From Eledone cirrhosa (lineage: Eukaryota), in NCBI GenBank assembly GCA_964016885.1, contig OZ024743.1:316882001-316946000 (forward strand): a stretch of 64,000 bases of DNA. Reading direction: 5' to 3'. The notes under the pieces were generated by a model. That model made no database searches, was not told the DNA's origin, and worked only from the letters and a program-made list of their open reading frames with translations. Made by a program: the position numbers and the translations under genes. Below, in pieces: positions 13,430 to 26,528 of this stretch; the stretch's first letter is position 1; every line of letters begins with the position of its first letter.

Positions 13430-13675
13430 TGATCATCATCATCATCATCAGGTTTAGCGTCCGTGTTCCACGCTTGCATGGGTTTGGACGGGGGTTTTCC
13501 CACTTGAGGCAAGAGTGGTTGTCTTGCTCGCATAGGACTGTCTGGCGGGTTTTCTACAGTTGGATGCCCTTCCTAACACCAACCACATTTACAGTGTGGG
13601 GCTGGGAGGTTTTTACCGTGTTGCCTACACGGCCACATTACAGCGTGGACTGTCTGGCGGGTTTTCTACAGCTGG
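13430..13675 (-). mobile_element. Short 3'-UTR-only copy of the young RTE family
   Basis: Nearly identical to 2325-2550 and 59845-60070, with a (GAT)n tail. Confidence 0.85.
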
Positions 13676-13855
13676 TGATATTCGCATATATTTATAACGT
13701 GATTGGTGTTAGGAAGACCATGCAGCTGTAAAACCCAAGCCAAAATACAGATCCATTTGAATGTGGTCTCCTGACCCAACCTGTCTCAATGTGACAACTA
13801 GTCTAACCCATGCAAGCATGGAAAAATAGATATTAAATGATGATGGTGAACTCAC

Positions 13856-14891
13856 CTGGTGTGCAAAGACCTTGAGGGAGTTTACATACATAATGGACAT
13901 TACCAGTTTTAGGAAAGAGTATTTCCATCGCACCATACTTCCTCTGTGGATCTTCTGCATACGGATTGGCAATTATTACTATACCCCGTTTAAAGTCCAT
14001 ACCCCTGCGTGGCATCAGATTTAGTCCCAATTCTAAATGACGGTTCTTCAGCATATAATACAAACGCACAGAGTGTAAAGTCTTTTGGACGTTTTCATAA
14101 CTTAAAAGAGACAAATCAGAATCAATTTTATCACAGAAATAGTAGGAGTTGATATTGGCAAACCGAACATGGTTCAAGATGACGTCTAAAGAGCCGACTC
14201 GTTCGTTTCTGTCATGCTTAAACCAAGCCATACACGCTTCATAAACCACCTCTTCCTGACTTATACAAATGTTATCATCACTAATAATTTCAACAACTTT
14301 GTCAGCAGGAAGATTCAAAAATTCATTTTCGCGATAGAGTCGAGAGAATTCCTGATTTATAATAGTTTTCGAAACATTTGAAAGCGCTATACATCCATGA
14401 GCAAGGGCAAAAAAGTAAACACCAATGCAGTTACTAACATCTACATGGTTCTTCATAAATGAAGCACAACCTGTCTTTAATGACACCAGCTGAAATATAT
14501 TTGCTGCCGATAGTAACTCCTGAACAGTATCTTTGGAGAGCATAACTGCTCCTGTGTAAATGTAGTCCAACACCAACTGAGCTGTCTGAGAATCAATGGA
14601 GCGTAACGTGATCTTTGTTTGATTCTTTTCAGCCATATCATTGGTAAACATTGCCATGAAGTAAGGACTTGAAATAGCAAGTACATTTTTATGGCAAGGA
14701 AATTCTTTACGTCCAGCACATAGTATAACATCTGTGAACAGATTTTTTTCGTACAATTTTGCAAATCCTGTGAGCATTGTTCGTGAACGTTCAGTTTCAT
14801 CGCAGAATCTTTCAGCAACTGCCGGTCCATCTTTCTCTGCCAATTCCAAACTACCTTCAATTGATGTCTCGATTTCACCTTCAAAGTGCAT
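13856..14891 (-). CDS. Kelch-like (BTB-BACK-Kelch) protein, first coding exon (BTB + BACK domains)
   Basis: ORF 13833..14891 carries BTB (FTDVILCAGRKEFPCHKNVLAISSPYFMAMFT) and BACK (VSNCIGVYFFA...EEVVYEACMAWFKHD...VRF) motifs. Acceptor ttttcag|G lies 6 nt upstream of the ATG (exon starts 14897). Donor G|gtgag at 13856/13855, phase 1. Confidence 0.95.
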
Positions 14892-14999
14892 CGTAACCTG
14901 AAAATAACAGAAAATTTATTCAATTAGTATTTTAAGAGAAAATATTTTCCAAAATAAATCTTAACCAATTAAAATAACAAAAATTAAAATAAATGATTG

Positions 15000-15135
15000 T
15001 CAGATTGGACCAAAAAACTAATCTTTCCATTGGCTTTTCCATTATCAGATCGGACCAAAAGAACTAATCTTTCCATTGGCTTTTCCATTATCAGATTGGA
15101 CCAAAAGAACTAATCTTTCCATTGTTTTCTCCATT
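15000..15135. repeat. ~46-bp tandem repeat x3
   Basis: cagattggaccaaaagaactaatctttccattggcttttccattat repeated. Confidence 0.85.
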
Positions 15136-15499
15136 GCTGACATTATCTATTAGTTACAACTCCTGGCAGAAGAAAGAAGGATTTCAAACTCAGGAGTCAG
15201 ATCAGATATCACAAAGCATCCCATCTGACTCATTAACAATTCTACTAATCTGTCTTATTACAGTAATAATACTTATGTTTCTAAGCATGAAAACACACTT
15301 CCTACTTCTAAAACACAAATAAGGCTGTGTATCTCTTATAAATATTTCCACTTATGTACATCAGAATTTAATAGTGTAGAAAAATTCACTTCTTTATCGT
15401 AACATTTATGTTTAGGTTCAGGATAATATCTTGATTCACAAATGTTGATCTGTAGTCCCTGCAAAACTAGGATTAAATTTTACACGAGATATTAAAAAA

Positions 15500-15782
15500 A
15501 AGACTAAAGTTTGTCTCGAGGCCTGAGACTCATCAGGCCAGTGCTTATCCTAGTTTCTGTGACATAAAGTGACAGAGTACAAGCCTCCCCACTTGACAGG
15601 ATGCCAGTCTATCACAGAGTTAAACCCCCAGCTATTGCTGGTACTCATTTTCAGCTGAGTCTTCTGGAGCAACGTGAAATGAAGTGTTTTGCCAAGAACA
15701 CGACACACAACCCAGTCCAGAAATCAAACCCACAGCATTATGACTAAGTCCAACACCTTTACCACTAGGTCACACACCTCCA
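15500..15782 (-). mobile_element. tRNA-derived SINE, family B with gacttta tail
   Basis: Homologous to 32467-32760(+) and 48760-48995(-). tRNA-like head (tagtgg...gttcga), body cagctgaaaatgagtaccagcaatagc. Confidence 0.75.
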
Positions 15783-16479
15783 CATGAGATAAGTGGATTT
15801 ATTCAAATTTTTAGGTAAAAAAAAAAAAAGAGGATTGACTTTTACATGATTATATATGGTATACATGATATATCACTAACAACATACTGTGCTGAAGAAG
15901 TAATAAAAATACATCTGGTGGTCATGAAGTTTGTGATCAACATCATTGTTTTTACGTCCGTTTTTTCCCCATTTCCATGGGTACAGCATCTCTCTACTTG
16001 CCGCATTCCTTCATCATCTCCTCTGTAAGTTTTAGCGATTTGAGATCAGCTCTCACCACCTCTGTCCAGGTCTTTCTTGGTTTATCTCTACTGCAGCTTC
16101 CTTCCACTGGGATCGCCTGATACTTCTCCACCCAGCAATCATCATCCATGCATATCACATGTCTGTACCAACACAGTCTTCTCTCCTGCACACCACGTCA
16201 GATTCCTCTTAAACCCAGTTTCTCCCTCAACACGCCCAAGTTCTGCCTTTCTCTTCACATTGCTCATTCAATGAAGCATGGTTGCTTCATTTCTCTCCTG
16301 TCTATGCATGTCTTTTGCAGTCACAACCCATGTAGTGTATAATATATTAGTTACATTCAAGTTGAGTTCTACTGAACTTCAAACCAGATGGTTGTGAAGT
16401 AAATTCCTTAAATAACACAGCCATTCTGTGGTGCACAATTTACAAATTTTTAGTTTTAGTATAGATAACACCAACTTCC

Positions 16480-18330
16480 ACTGACTTTACCTTCTCTTGT
16501 CATCTCTCTGGTGATGTCTTCGTACTTCCTCATCTTGTATTCTTGTTGTTCATCTACACAGCTCTCATAGAGGACTATCAGACCAACCAAGACGACTCTG
16601 GTGTCTGCTGCTAACCACAGGACAATATCTGGTTTTATCCTTTCTTATACCAGTCTGAGAGATTGACAGATATTGCCCAATCCCCTTCTAGTCCAAGCAG
16701 CTTCTGTGTGAGCACAACTTCATGAGGAATATTTTTGGTTCCATCCCATCTGTTCTTGTTCGTTTCTGTTATGAATGTTAGGGCTGTCTCAGTGGTTTCA
16801 GGTTGCATCTGGTCCCAGACTGACTGAGTCAACTCTTCTAGCACTTTATTGTGCTCCCATGTGTATCTGCCATTAGCAAGAGCTACTTTACATAAACTTA
16901 AGACATGTTCCATCATTTGTGAATTATCCTTGCACAGAGAGCAACTAGAATCCTCCTCTTTGCTCCATTTCACAAGATTGGTCTTTGATGGAAGCAGGTC
17001 ATATATGGCTCATACAATGAAGCTCACTCTAAATAGTGCCATCTTCCACACATCTTTCCATGCAATACCTTGTCCTAATTCATCCACTGACGACCCTGTT
17101 GTGACTGTTGAACTGCTTTGGTGTACCTCTTTTTGTTCTCTTTGCTCCTCACTTCCTGAATAACCAGGTCACGATGGTCCTTACCTGTAGCTTTTGAGCA
17201 CCATGCTTCATTGGATATGCAATGTAAATGTGAGAAAAAGGCAGAGTTTGGATGAACAGCCTTGTTTTCTGTAGCTCTGAGTAGCATCGGCATAGCCAAA
17301 ACAATAAATATTGGTAAAACTGTGCATTTCATTGTGATTTCTACTTCAAATTGAACCCAGACGGTTGTATAGTCTCTGGTGCTGAACCGCATCTGGAATC
17401 CATTGAAGTAAGAATCAAGCATTTTGCATATCCCCTCTGGAACATGGTACATCTAGTGAAATATTTGTATCATTTGGTGAGGTACAGAACTATAGGCATT
17501 TGTCAAATCCAACCAAACCGCATCCAAATCTGTCTTGCTCTCTTTCACTCCCTGGATGGCTTTCTATATCATGCTCCCATGTTCCAGGCAACCGCCCACC
17601 TCCAGGGACTGAAGCCTTCTGCACCAATATGTCAATATATCCATTGGTGAGTAGATAGTTAATTAGTCTTGATGCCATCATTGCGAAGAATATCTCTCAA
17701 GAGGGATATTGGGCAGAATTGGTTGATGCCTTCTGAGTTCTGCTCCTTGGGGATGTACACCCCATCCACTTTCATTCACTGGCTACAGATATGAAGGTTC
17801 TTCCATGTCTCTAAGTTATCATGTAATCACTTTAGCACTTTGGAACAGTTTGTAAAGCAGGAAAGGTATACAGTTTGGGCCAGGAGCAAACTTGTTCCTT
17901 GCTTTATAGACAACTCATTTAATCTCTGGGAGTGATGAAAGCTTCATGTTCACCTCTTCTCCAGGATAATCAGGCCAAACCAAGTTTGCATTCCAGTGTT
18001 TTGCTTGGGGTCAAAATGTATTTTCCTCAAGCGTTCTTCCAAGGGGTCCTGTTTTATTATGAGTTCTCCTGATCTTCTTTGATCAAAAAGATTCCTGGAA
18101 GAACCAATCTTGTTCTCTCCTTCACTTTAGTAGTTTGTTTCTCAAGTATTCCACCTTGCTGAGGACACTGTTTTTCTTTGAGATCTTTCCAGATCTTCAA
18201 TAAACTTTCATTCTCCTCAGATTTTGCAATGTGGAGCAGAGTCTTTTCAAGTTTTTACTGTTTCTCAAGTTCTCCATCTCTCTTTTCCCCTTGTTTTTTT
18301 TTTTAGTTGGTGGCTTGCTGATTTTCTTTT
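16480..18330 (-). mobile_element. Decayed HERO-like non-LTR retrotransposon (RT plus restriction-like endonuclease)
   Basis: Frameshifted pieces: ASRLINYLLTNGYID (RT), WLDLTNAY, YDLLPSKTNLVKW...CSLC...EHVLSLCKVALANGRYTWEHNKVL (CCHC knuckle and RHN-like motif), then KPDIVL (PD motif). Confidence 0.75.
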
Positions 18331-20673
18331 TTACACTGCACCGTTCCTTGCAGATACCATACATGATGTCTCCACAAGCTTTCAGCCACTTACTATATTA
18401 CATTTTCCTTAGTTCTTTGGTAAGTACTTGACAGATTGCACAATGAAGCTGATTCCAGGATTCCCAGTTAATTGCTGGAGGATATCTGATTCTAGAGGTC
18501 TGGTCTGTGTCCTGCCACCAGTGGACTTATTTGTTTGAGTCACCTGTTGCTTTTATCCTGGCCTTGGTGTTCTGACATCATATCTGTAAGTACAGAATGC
18601 TGCTTTTGTGTCACAGGCCGATAGGAACAACCTCTCTTTGTCTGGTGAATCTTCATTACTTTCTCTGAGCTGAAATTCGATCCACAGATGCATTAGTAGT
18701 CTGAACATTGCTCTGAGCTCATAGCCACGCCTTCGCAATCACTGGTTTTATATAGCTTGAAAAAAAATACTAGTAATAAATCAAATAAAATCTACTACAA
18801 TCTCTATCTTCGACTAGTTCATTATTTTAAAATACAGTGAATATTCAACCGTGAAAAATAATTAATTTGTGTTGGCGACATAAGGTTGTGTGACGGTTAT
18901 TTCTTTCTCTAAAATATTAGCAAGTTAAATGAAGTGAAATAGCTAGAGCATAATCAAAACCTGGTCGTGAAATTGACTCACCGGGAGCACGACTCTACAA
19001 TTGTCAAAGGGTTAAGTATATTAAAGCTGAATATATTAGGAATAAGCACTTAGTCATAACTCTTTCATGACTAATTCTAATAAACTATTTTAATTGATTA
19101 ATGATTTTTGAGGGATTAACTGAAATTAAATTATTAATTATTTTATAATTTAACGTGCAATTTTTAAATATATTATGTGGGAATATTTAAATATAAATAG
19201 GAACCCTTTAAAATGGATGGTTTTGTTTCACAGAAGCAGAGCCGGTATTGGCAGGGTTGGTACCATTTTCATATTTCTAACAGTGTATAGTAAATCTATT
19301 GGAATTAAAAACTTAGAATGGTTTAAATGTGGACAACGGTAGATGGAAAAACCAGGAAACTAGAGGGAAGACTGGGAGATTACGACTATAATGATATATA
19401 TAGGGTAAAATTAAATAGCGAGGCTTTAAGAAAAGCGGGTAAGGAAATTTTACAGTAAAAACTTTAACAAAGAAAATATTGAAATATATATAAAGATTTA
19501 AGACTAGGTATTCGCGTAAGTATCATATTTACATTGACTGAGACTCATCAGGAAATGCAAATGGTCGCACACATTGTTAATTAGGATATATTTATTGTGG
19601 TTGCTATATGTAATACAAATATGATTATTCTATATAATATTAAAAAAAAATAAAAGAAAAGAAAATCTGTATGTATACATGATTCCTCCTAAGGCAAATA
19701 CCGGGAGACATGTGAACGAAAAATAGAGGAATATTCATTATATATATCCATATTCAATTAGCGTACAATATATATATTTAAAAAGACTGTAAAATGTAGA
19801 TTCTGCATAAATATTCCAAGTGTGTGTAGGAGATAGCAATGACCAGGCGAAGGAAATTAATTTTCCGAGTCCAATACAGCAACTTAAAGAATGGAAAGAA
19901 TGCCGATTTTTTTTTTCTTAACAATCACCTCAGTACTTTTGAAAATCATCGGAGAAATACAGTGAACCCTGAAGCACTCGCTCTGTTTTAAAAAAATAAA
20001 ACACAGAGCGAGTGTTTTATTTTTTTATACAGGCATCAGGTCTGGAATTTTTACGTAAGAATTGGAATTTGTGGTGTTCATGCCTTTACTACTTTACTGC
20101 CAAAGGTTTTTGATATGCAAGTCAAGTGAAATGGTTCCGACGAAATATTATAACAGAATATAACTGATAATTCAAATATAAAACACCGAATTGACGGGAA
20201 CAGACAACAAGAACGAAAAAGAGGACGTAGATAGCCTTCTAAATAAAATGTTAATGACAAAAGGAAGGAGATAAATAAACCTGTAGATTTTCTGGTATTG
20301 CATTGGTTTATTTTATTATTATTATTGGAGTCGATAAAATAAACACCAGTAATGCAATGAGGTAATTGCTAGCCTTGTGTCAAAAGTAGAAAAATTATTA
20401 ATATTATTTTACATTGGCATAAGATCTCTGACTAACAAGTATGTAATGTTTATGCCTTTTCCCCAAAACATTAACAACGTAAGGAATCCTTCTTCGGATA
20501 ATCCAGACATTTTCCACACACTCGGTTTCAAAAACAATGATCACACGAAATAAAAACAAAAAGAGAAAGGAATATAGTTGAGGTAAAACAATAAGCAGAT
20601 GAGCCAAAGAAAATGTACTCACAATAAATTAGGATGAACGAAATGTGACATTTGTGTCGTTTTCACAACTTAC

Positions 20674-20900
20674 CTTGTTAAACAGCTAACGACGCGAACC
20701 TTGTACGTCAGATTTAATGGTAGTGATACGATAAAACGAACGTTGTCGCTGCTTTTATTCCCATTTCATTGAAATTACAACAGCGAAACTATTATAGCCG
20801 AAAAACAACAACAAATATAAAACCAAGAAGCTTATTCATTCGTTATATTAGGGTGAACGAGTACGAAAACGAGCAATGGCTTAGCCACTGTAAGCTAGAG
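20674..20900 (-). promoter_or_regulatory. Candidate non-coding first exon / promoter of the Kelch-like gene
   Basis: Strong donor AAG|gtaagt at 20674/20673 in a locally CpG-retaining, non-repetitive stretch. The first coding exon begins with an acceptor, so an upstream exon is expected. Confidence 0.35.
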
Positions 20901-21636
20901 TAATACTGCTGCTCCATTATATTTTAATTCAACTTACATAATTTACTGCTAGTACGAGTCTCATTGATGGTTCCGCGCCAAAGTAGTACCTGTTCAGGGG
21001 AAACTACTCACATTGACTGTATTGATAATTGTTTCTACTTTTGGCACAAGGCCAGCAATTATTCAGAGCATTACTGGTACTTTATTTTATCGACCCCGTA
21101 AGGATGAAAGGCAAGGTTAACCTCGGCGGGATTTGAACTCAGAATGGCAAGGGCTGTAACTCTATACGTCAAAGCATGGCATCCGACCCTAATGTGCTTG
21201 TTGCTACAAGCAGGAAGAATAAATAAAGTGCTATGTTATATATAGAGGTATAACTTGCGTATGGCAAGCATGGCATGTGCCATGAGCGCCACTTAGACTA
21301 GGGACACATTCTATTAAAGTCCAATAATCCTCATCGGAGAGTGAAAAAAGAAACTCCTTCAGATGTATGATCTGTCTCTGATTATCATTGGTGAGAACAT
21401 TATAGTGGCCGGATCATTAAACCGTTTATATAAATTGTTAGACCCAAAGGTAAAAATACAGTGCTTGCCATAAGCGCTATTCTCTCTAGTTATGGTTCTG
21501 GCTGTATATCATAAAATTAAAATAATAATAATAATAATTGTTTCTACTTTTGGCACAAGGCCAGCAATTACCCAGTGCATTACTGGTACTTTATTTTATC
21601 GACCCCGTAAGGATGAAAGGCAAAGTTAACCTCGGC

Positions 21637-22428
21637 ATAATAATAATGAAATTATTGTGTACGGTGCTCAGATACACTACAACTCATCAAAGGTGCATGT
21701 ATAGTACATAGAATAATGTACAAATGTCAGGAAAATGAACAGTGTATGAGTCATGATATACATGTGTGCGTGTGTATGGAGGGGGTTATCAGGTGTAGTG
21801 TCGGCGAATTTCAGGAAGCGTGGGGGTTTTAAAGGATGCAGTGTCTCGACAGCTAACAACTGATGCAGGTAGTTTGTTCCATGCTTCAGCAACTCTGAGC
21901 GTGAATAAATGGTTCTGAAATCATGGGAGCAGTACTGTTTTCTGACTTTGTAGGCATGCCCACGTGTGTTAGACACATGGAATTCAAAAAGCTGCTCAGG
22001 GTTGTTGTTGGTAAGATGATTAATAATTTTGTGGGTGTTTACCAAGTCAGTTGCCAGACGTTGGAGCTTCAATGTATCCATGGCCAGGGAAGCAAGGCAT
22101 TCAGAGTATGGTAGATGCCTGGTGGAGGGTATTCGCTTGGTTGCACGTCTCTAAACAGTTTCCATGAGGTCAATGTTCTGAGCAAGATAGGGGTTCCAGA
22201 CTGGTGATGCAAATTCTAAGTGTGGCCACACCATAGCTATATACAGCTTTAAATAGATAGCTGGAGAGCGGCTGACAAAGGTCTTGCTGAGTGATGTCAA
22301 GGCACCCTCGGCCTTCTTGACAATTTTAGAGATGTGCTTTGTCCAACACAAATCTCTGTTGACAATGCCCAGGTCACGCTCATTACTGCTGACAGTAATG
22401 CCCAGGTCACGTTCACAAGAAGACTTCT

Positions 22429-22430
<2 letters not shown>
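21637..22430 (-). mobile_element. CR1-clade LINE, 3' part of ORF2 plus tail
   Basis: ERDLGI..WTKHISKIVKKA..LYIAMVWPHLEFASPVWNPY, NTRGHAYKV, and a (TTA)n tail at ~21637. Confidence 0.85.
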
Positions 22431-22431
<1 letters not shown>

Positions 22432-22459
<28 letters not shown>

Positions 22460-25400
22460 GATTTCTTTATTGGCCACAAGGGCTGACATCAAGAAAAACA
22501 TTACAGATGGCACAGGACGGTAGTGGGTTTTGTGCGTGTAAATATTTTTATTATTTATATAAGAAACGAAAAAGAAAAAAGACATAGAAACATATATATA
22601 TAAACAATAAAAATGAAAATTCAAACAATGAAAAATTCCCCAATAGGGGGGAAACCTCCGAGGGTTACTCGTGGCGAAAACCACACAAAAGACCACGGCC
22701 ACCCTGACCACAAGGGCAAGCGCCCTCTCTCAATTTTTCCATTCCTAGTAGTAGTAGTAATAACTGTTTCTACTTTAGGCACAAGGCCAGTAATTACCCA
22801 GTACATTACTGGTACTTTATTTTATCGACCCCGTAAGGATGAAAGGCAAAGTCAACCTCGGCGGGATTTGAACTCAGACCATAAAGGGACGTAACTATGC
22901 TGGAAAGCATGGCGTCCGACCCTCTACCGATACTGCCAATCCACCACCCAAGTAGTAGTAGTAATAACATGAAGAAAACCATTACAGACGGCACAGAATG
23001 GTACAGGGCGATACAATGTGGGTTTGGGCCGTGTAAAAAAGGTTATAACAAGATAGAAATACCAAAAAAATTCAAACAACAAAAAATTCCCCAATAGGGG
23101 GGAAACTTCCGAGGGTCACTCGTGGCAAAAAACACACAAAAGAAACGGCCACCCTGACCACCAGGGCAAGCGCCCTCTCTCAGTTTCCCCACTCCTCAGT
23201 CTACAGGCACATACTCAGGGCGGGCCCGTTCACTCGGACCAGACTCGCCACTTTCACCCACCTTTCAAGAAACTTACTAGAAGACAGCACTTGTCACTCC
23301 ACCCTGATTTTCCTCTTCAAGTGAAACTTGAAAAAGTTAATCAGGGATTGGCCGAAGAGGAAAGTGTCCGTCTTCAACCCGTTCAACCTTGTCCACCACA
23401 CAATCTCTTTAGCCATGGCCACCAGGCAGATGAAAACTGCCTGCTCTTCCTCCTCTTTAAAGGAGGATGGCGGGGCTATCTGCACAGTGCACTCAGTCGA
23501 TAACTGGATCCGTTCTACATGCGACAGCAACTCTTCGACATAGCTCCACAAGTCAGCAATCCTCGGGCACTGGACGAGTGCGGGCAGCACGGTTTCGTCT
23601 CCCTGAACGCACCTCAGAAAGGCTCAGCTGACAGCACCTCCGTGCATGTAGAGCTTATCCCGAACCGCAACGCTCCCCAGTAGCACTGCCAGGCCAGGGA
23701 TTTCTGGAAGTTGTCCATAAGCCCCAGTCTGAAAGTTCTCTTGAAGAGAGCGAACAGCTGATCGTCTTCGACGCCCAGGGTCTCCCTGAGAACATCGTCG
23801 CTCTTTCCCTCCACTAGCCCTCTATAGAACGCCGAGGTGGATGTTCCACCAATACTAGTGCCCAGCTGGTAGAGGGCGGTGAGCACTTGGAGACATTCCA
23901 GCTTCCAAACGCTATCCCTCGGTCTTTTCCTGATCCAGGACTGCAGCTCCGTCAAGGAGACGAGCTGGGGAAAAGAGCGTCTGGCAAACGGCGACCACAC
24001 TTGTTCACCATCAAGGAAGCACCAGAGATGTCACAGCCTCAGCGCATGTTTGCGCATCATCAGCCACAGCATGTCTAGTCCTCCACGCAACGGGTGTTGA
24101 CAGTAAATGGATCGTCTGACCATGGGAGCATGTCCCTTCCACAAAAAGCGGAAGAGAAGGCGCTTCATTTTGGTCGGATGCAAGGTACGACGGTCAGGCG
24201 GGAGCTGATGACGGACGCTATGTACGCATTCACCACATCCGCCCAACCTTTCAGAGACAGCCTCCTCTCGGCCCATTTCTGGGTGAGAGAGGCCACCCTG
24301 CTTGTCACCTCGCTCCAGTTTTTCTCCATCTGGAGGTCCAGACCGAACCAGACCCCGAGCAATTTAACCGGTCCTTCCGTCCAGCACCCCACGACGCTGT
24401 CGGACAGCATGGACTTGCTTCTCCAGGTGCCGAGTTGCAAGCCCACCGACTTTTCCTGGTTTATCTTTGCTCCTGTCACCGCTTCGGTGAGAGCGGTGCC
24501 GAGCATCTGGACGTGATTGGTGCTCGACACCACCACGGTGACATCGTCGGCGTAAGCTGACACGGAGCTCCCGCATCCCAGTTCGCGTGGGATCCCCCTC
24601 ATCGTCTCCAGTTTGTGAAGTAACGGCTCTAGGGCCAATACGTACAAGAGGGACGAGAGGGGGAAACCCTGGCGGACCGAGCGCATGATGCTGAAAGGCT
24701 GCGACAGGTGACCACTCACCCTCCCAATCGAGCAGATGTCGCTGTGCATCGCAGCCATCCAGACCCTAAAAACGGGCCCGAAGCCGGCCGCCTCGAAGAC
24801 CGCAACCAGGTACCGATGGTCGACCCTATCAAATGCTTTAGATTGATGCAAGTTGATCAGGGCCCCACCCGTGCCAGGTTCCTTAACCACCCTCTCTATG
24901 ATGTTTTGCATGAGATGGAGGTTGTCGTGGATTGATCTGTCCGGAATGGCGCATGCCTGCGCCTCTCCCACCAGATGACCGACGACAAGCGCCAATCTTT
25001 TTGCTAACACCTTGGCCAAAAATCTTAAACTCTGCGTTTAGCAGAGTTAGGGGCCTGAAGTTGTCTATATAGTCCCCCTTGTTCGGGTCTTTTCTTAGCA
25101 GCACCACCGCTCCCCGGCTCACAAAACTGGGAATGCTCCCGTTTTGCTGCCAGTTGCAGTAGACATCTGCCAAGAGGTCGGCGAACAAGTCTAGCATATA
25201 CGCATAAAGCTCATAGGGTAGACCATCCAAACCTGGCGATTTACCCCTTGTGCAGTCAGACATCGCTTCCCGTATTTCATTGGCTGTTATCGGCCTTTCG
25301 CAGCACTGCGCTGCGGTCGTCGAGAGCCGCGGCATGCCGTTGAGGTATGCACCGAAGTCCATATTCCGATCCGGCCTGCGACTCCCGAACAATCGAGCAA

Positions 25401-26528
25401 AGTGCTGTTGAAAAGCCGCACACATCTGCTCTGGTTCGAGCAACATGCGTCCGTTTTGATCAGGTAAAGATCGAATTGTGGACTTGTTGCCACGTCGCGC
25501 CTCCACCACCAAGGCCCATTGAATGGATTTCGTCCCCTCGTGTCTTAGAGCACACGCTCTAGCTCTGACAACGCAGCCTTCATGCTTTGCATTGAAGAAT
25601 TGGTCGAGTGCCAATCTCGCCGCAAGCACGTCGGTTGCGATGCCTGTCCTAAACGCCTCTTCTAGCTTTCTAATTAACTCTCCCTCTACTCTATTTTCCT
25701 CTATCACTACTCCTTTGCTAAACCTTATCGTTTCTACTCTAATAGACCTTTTCAGGGTAAACTACCACCTGTTGTTGACGATCACACCTGTCAATGCACG
25801 CTTAACTAATTTGCTAATCCGGTCTCTGTAAGCTTTGCGCGCCGGGAACGACGCGTTCAGCTTCCAGTAGCCGGGCCCTTGCCTATGGAGTCTATCTAAG
25901 TCAACTTCATAGATCACAAATTTGTGGTCCGTGTAGTCGACTACTTTAAATTGTGGACAACTTACACTAGCCTTATCTGTTTCCCTACAGAATACTCTAT
26001 CTAAATACGATCTGGATGACCCGATGCGGTTTGCCCATGTCCACATTGGTACATTCGGATAATCCAGACTATACCTGTCAGACAGTTCAAAACGTCTGAG
26101 AAGGTTCTTGAGGCTTTTACACCCTCCAGCGTGCATCTAAGATACCATTCCAGTCGCCCACTAAGGAGCGGGATGTTCCAAGAAAGGTCTCTAGACGTCT
26201 GATGAAATGTGGCCGTCCTGTCACTGTTGTGGCATAGACGGCTACTAACCTGAAAGCATTGCCTTCGCTGCCGGCCACGTCCAGCACCAACGACATACCT
26301 TCTGGGTCCAGGATGATGGTCCGTATGGCGAGATCCAAGCCTCTCCGAAAAAGCACAGCAACTCCTTCCCCTGATCCTGGATGGCTGGGAGATGTGTATA
26401 CATCGTAGCGGCCGAAGATTAGTGCGAAGGCTCGTGCTTCGGAGATTCTGGTCTCGCTGATGGTCACCACATCTATGTTTAGTGACCTGAGGTCGTTGAG
26501 AAGGTGACCCTGCTTCCAAGATGACCTC
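22432..26528 (-). mobile_element. L1/Tx1-clade LINE, near-complete frameshifted ORF2 with duplicated 3'UTR
   Basis: GC-rich. APE endonuclease (ISETR, GDWNG, SYLDR, TDH, GPGYWKLN), RT (KSPGLDG, FRPLTLLN, KAFDRV, VRQG, AYADD), C-terminal Cys region, AATAAA then (TTA)n at 22471-22432. Confidence 0.9.
22763..22949 (-). mobile_element. SINE family A with target-site duplication
   Basis: B-box gagttcaaatcc and core gcctttcatccttacggggtcgataaa on the minus strand. Flanked on both sides by agtagtagtagtaataac. Confidence 0.85.

Noticed and set aside
15500-15545. Minus-strand CTGATGA-gtctc..gagac-AAAC..GTC resembling a hammerhead
   Set aside because: Lacks the G of GAAA and a stem I partner. It is the 3' tail of SINE family B, and sibling copies (~32710, ~48780) do not keep the core.
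23200-26528. GC-rich island suggesting horizontal transfer or contamination
   Set aside because: Fully explained by a Tx1/L1 ORF2.
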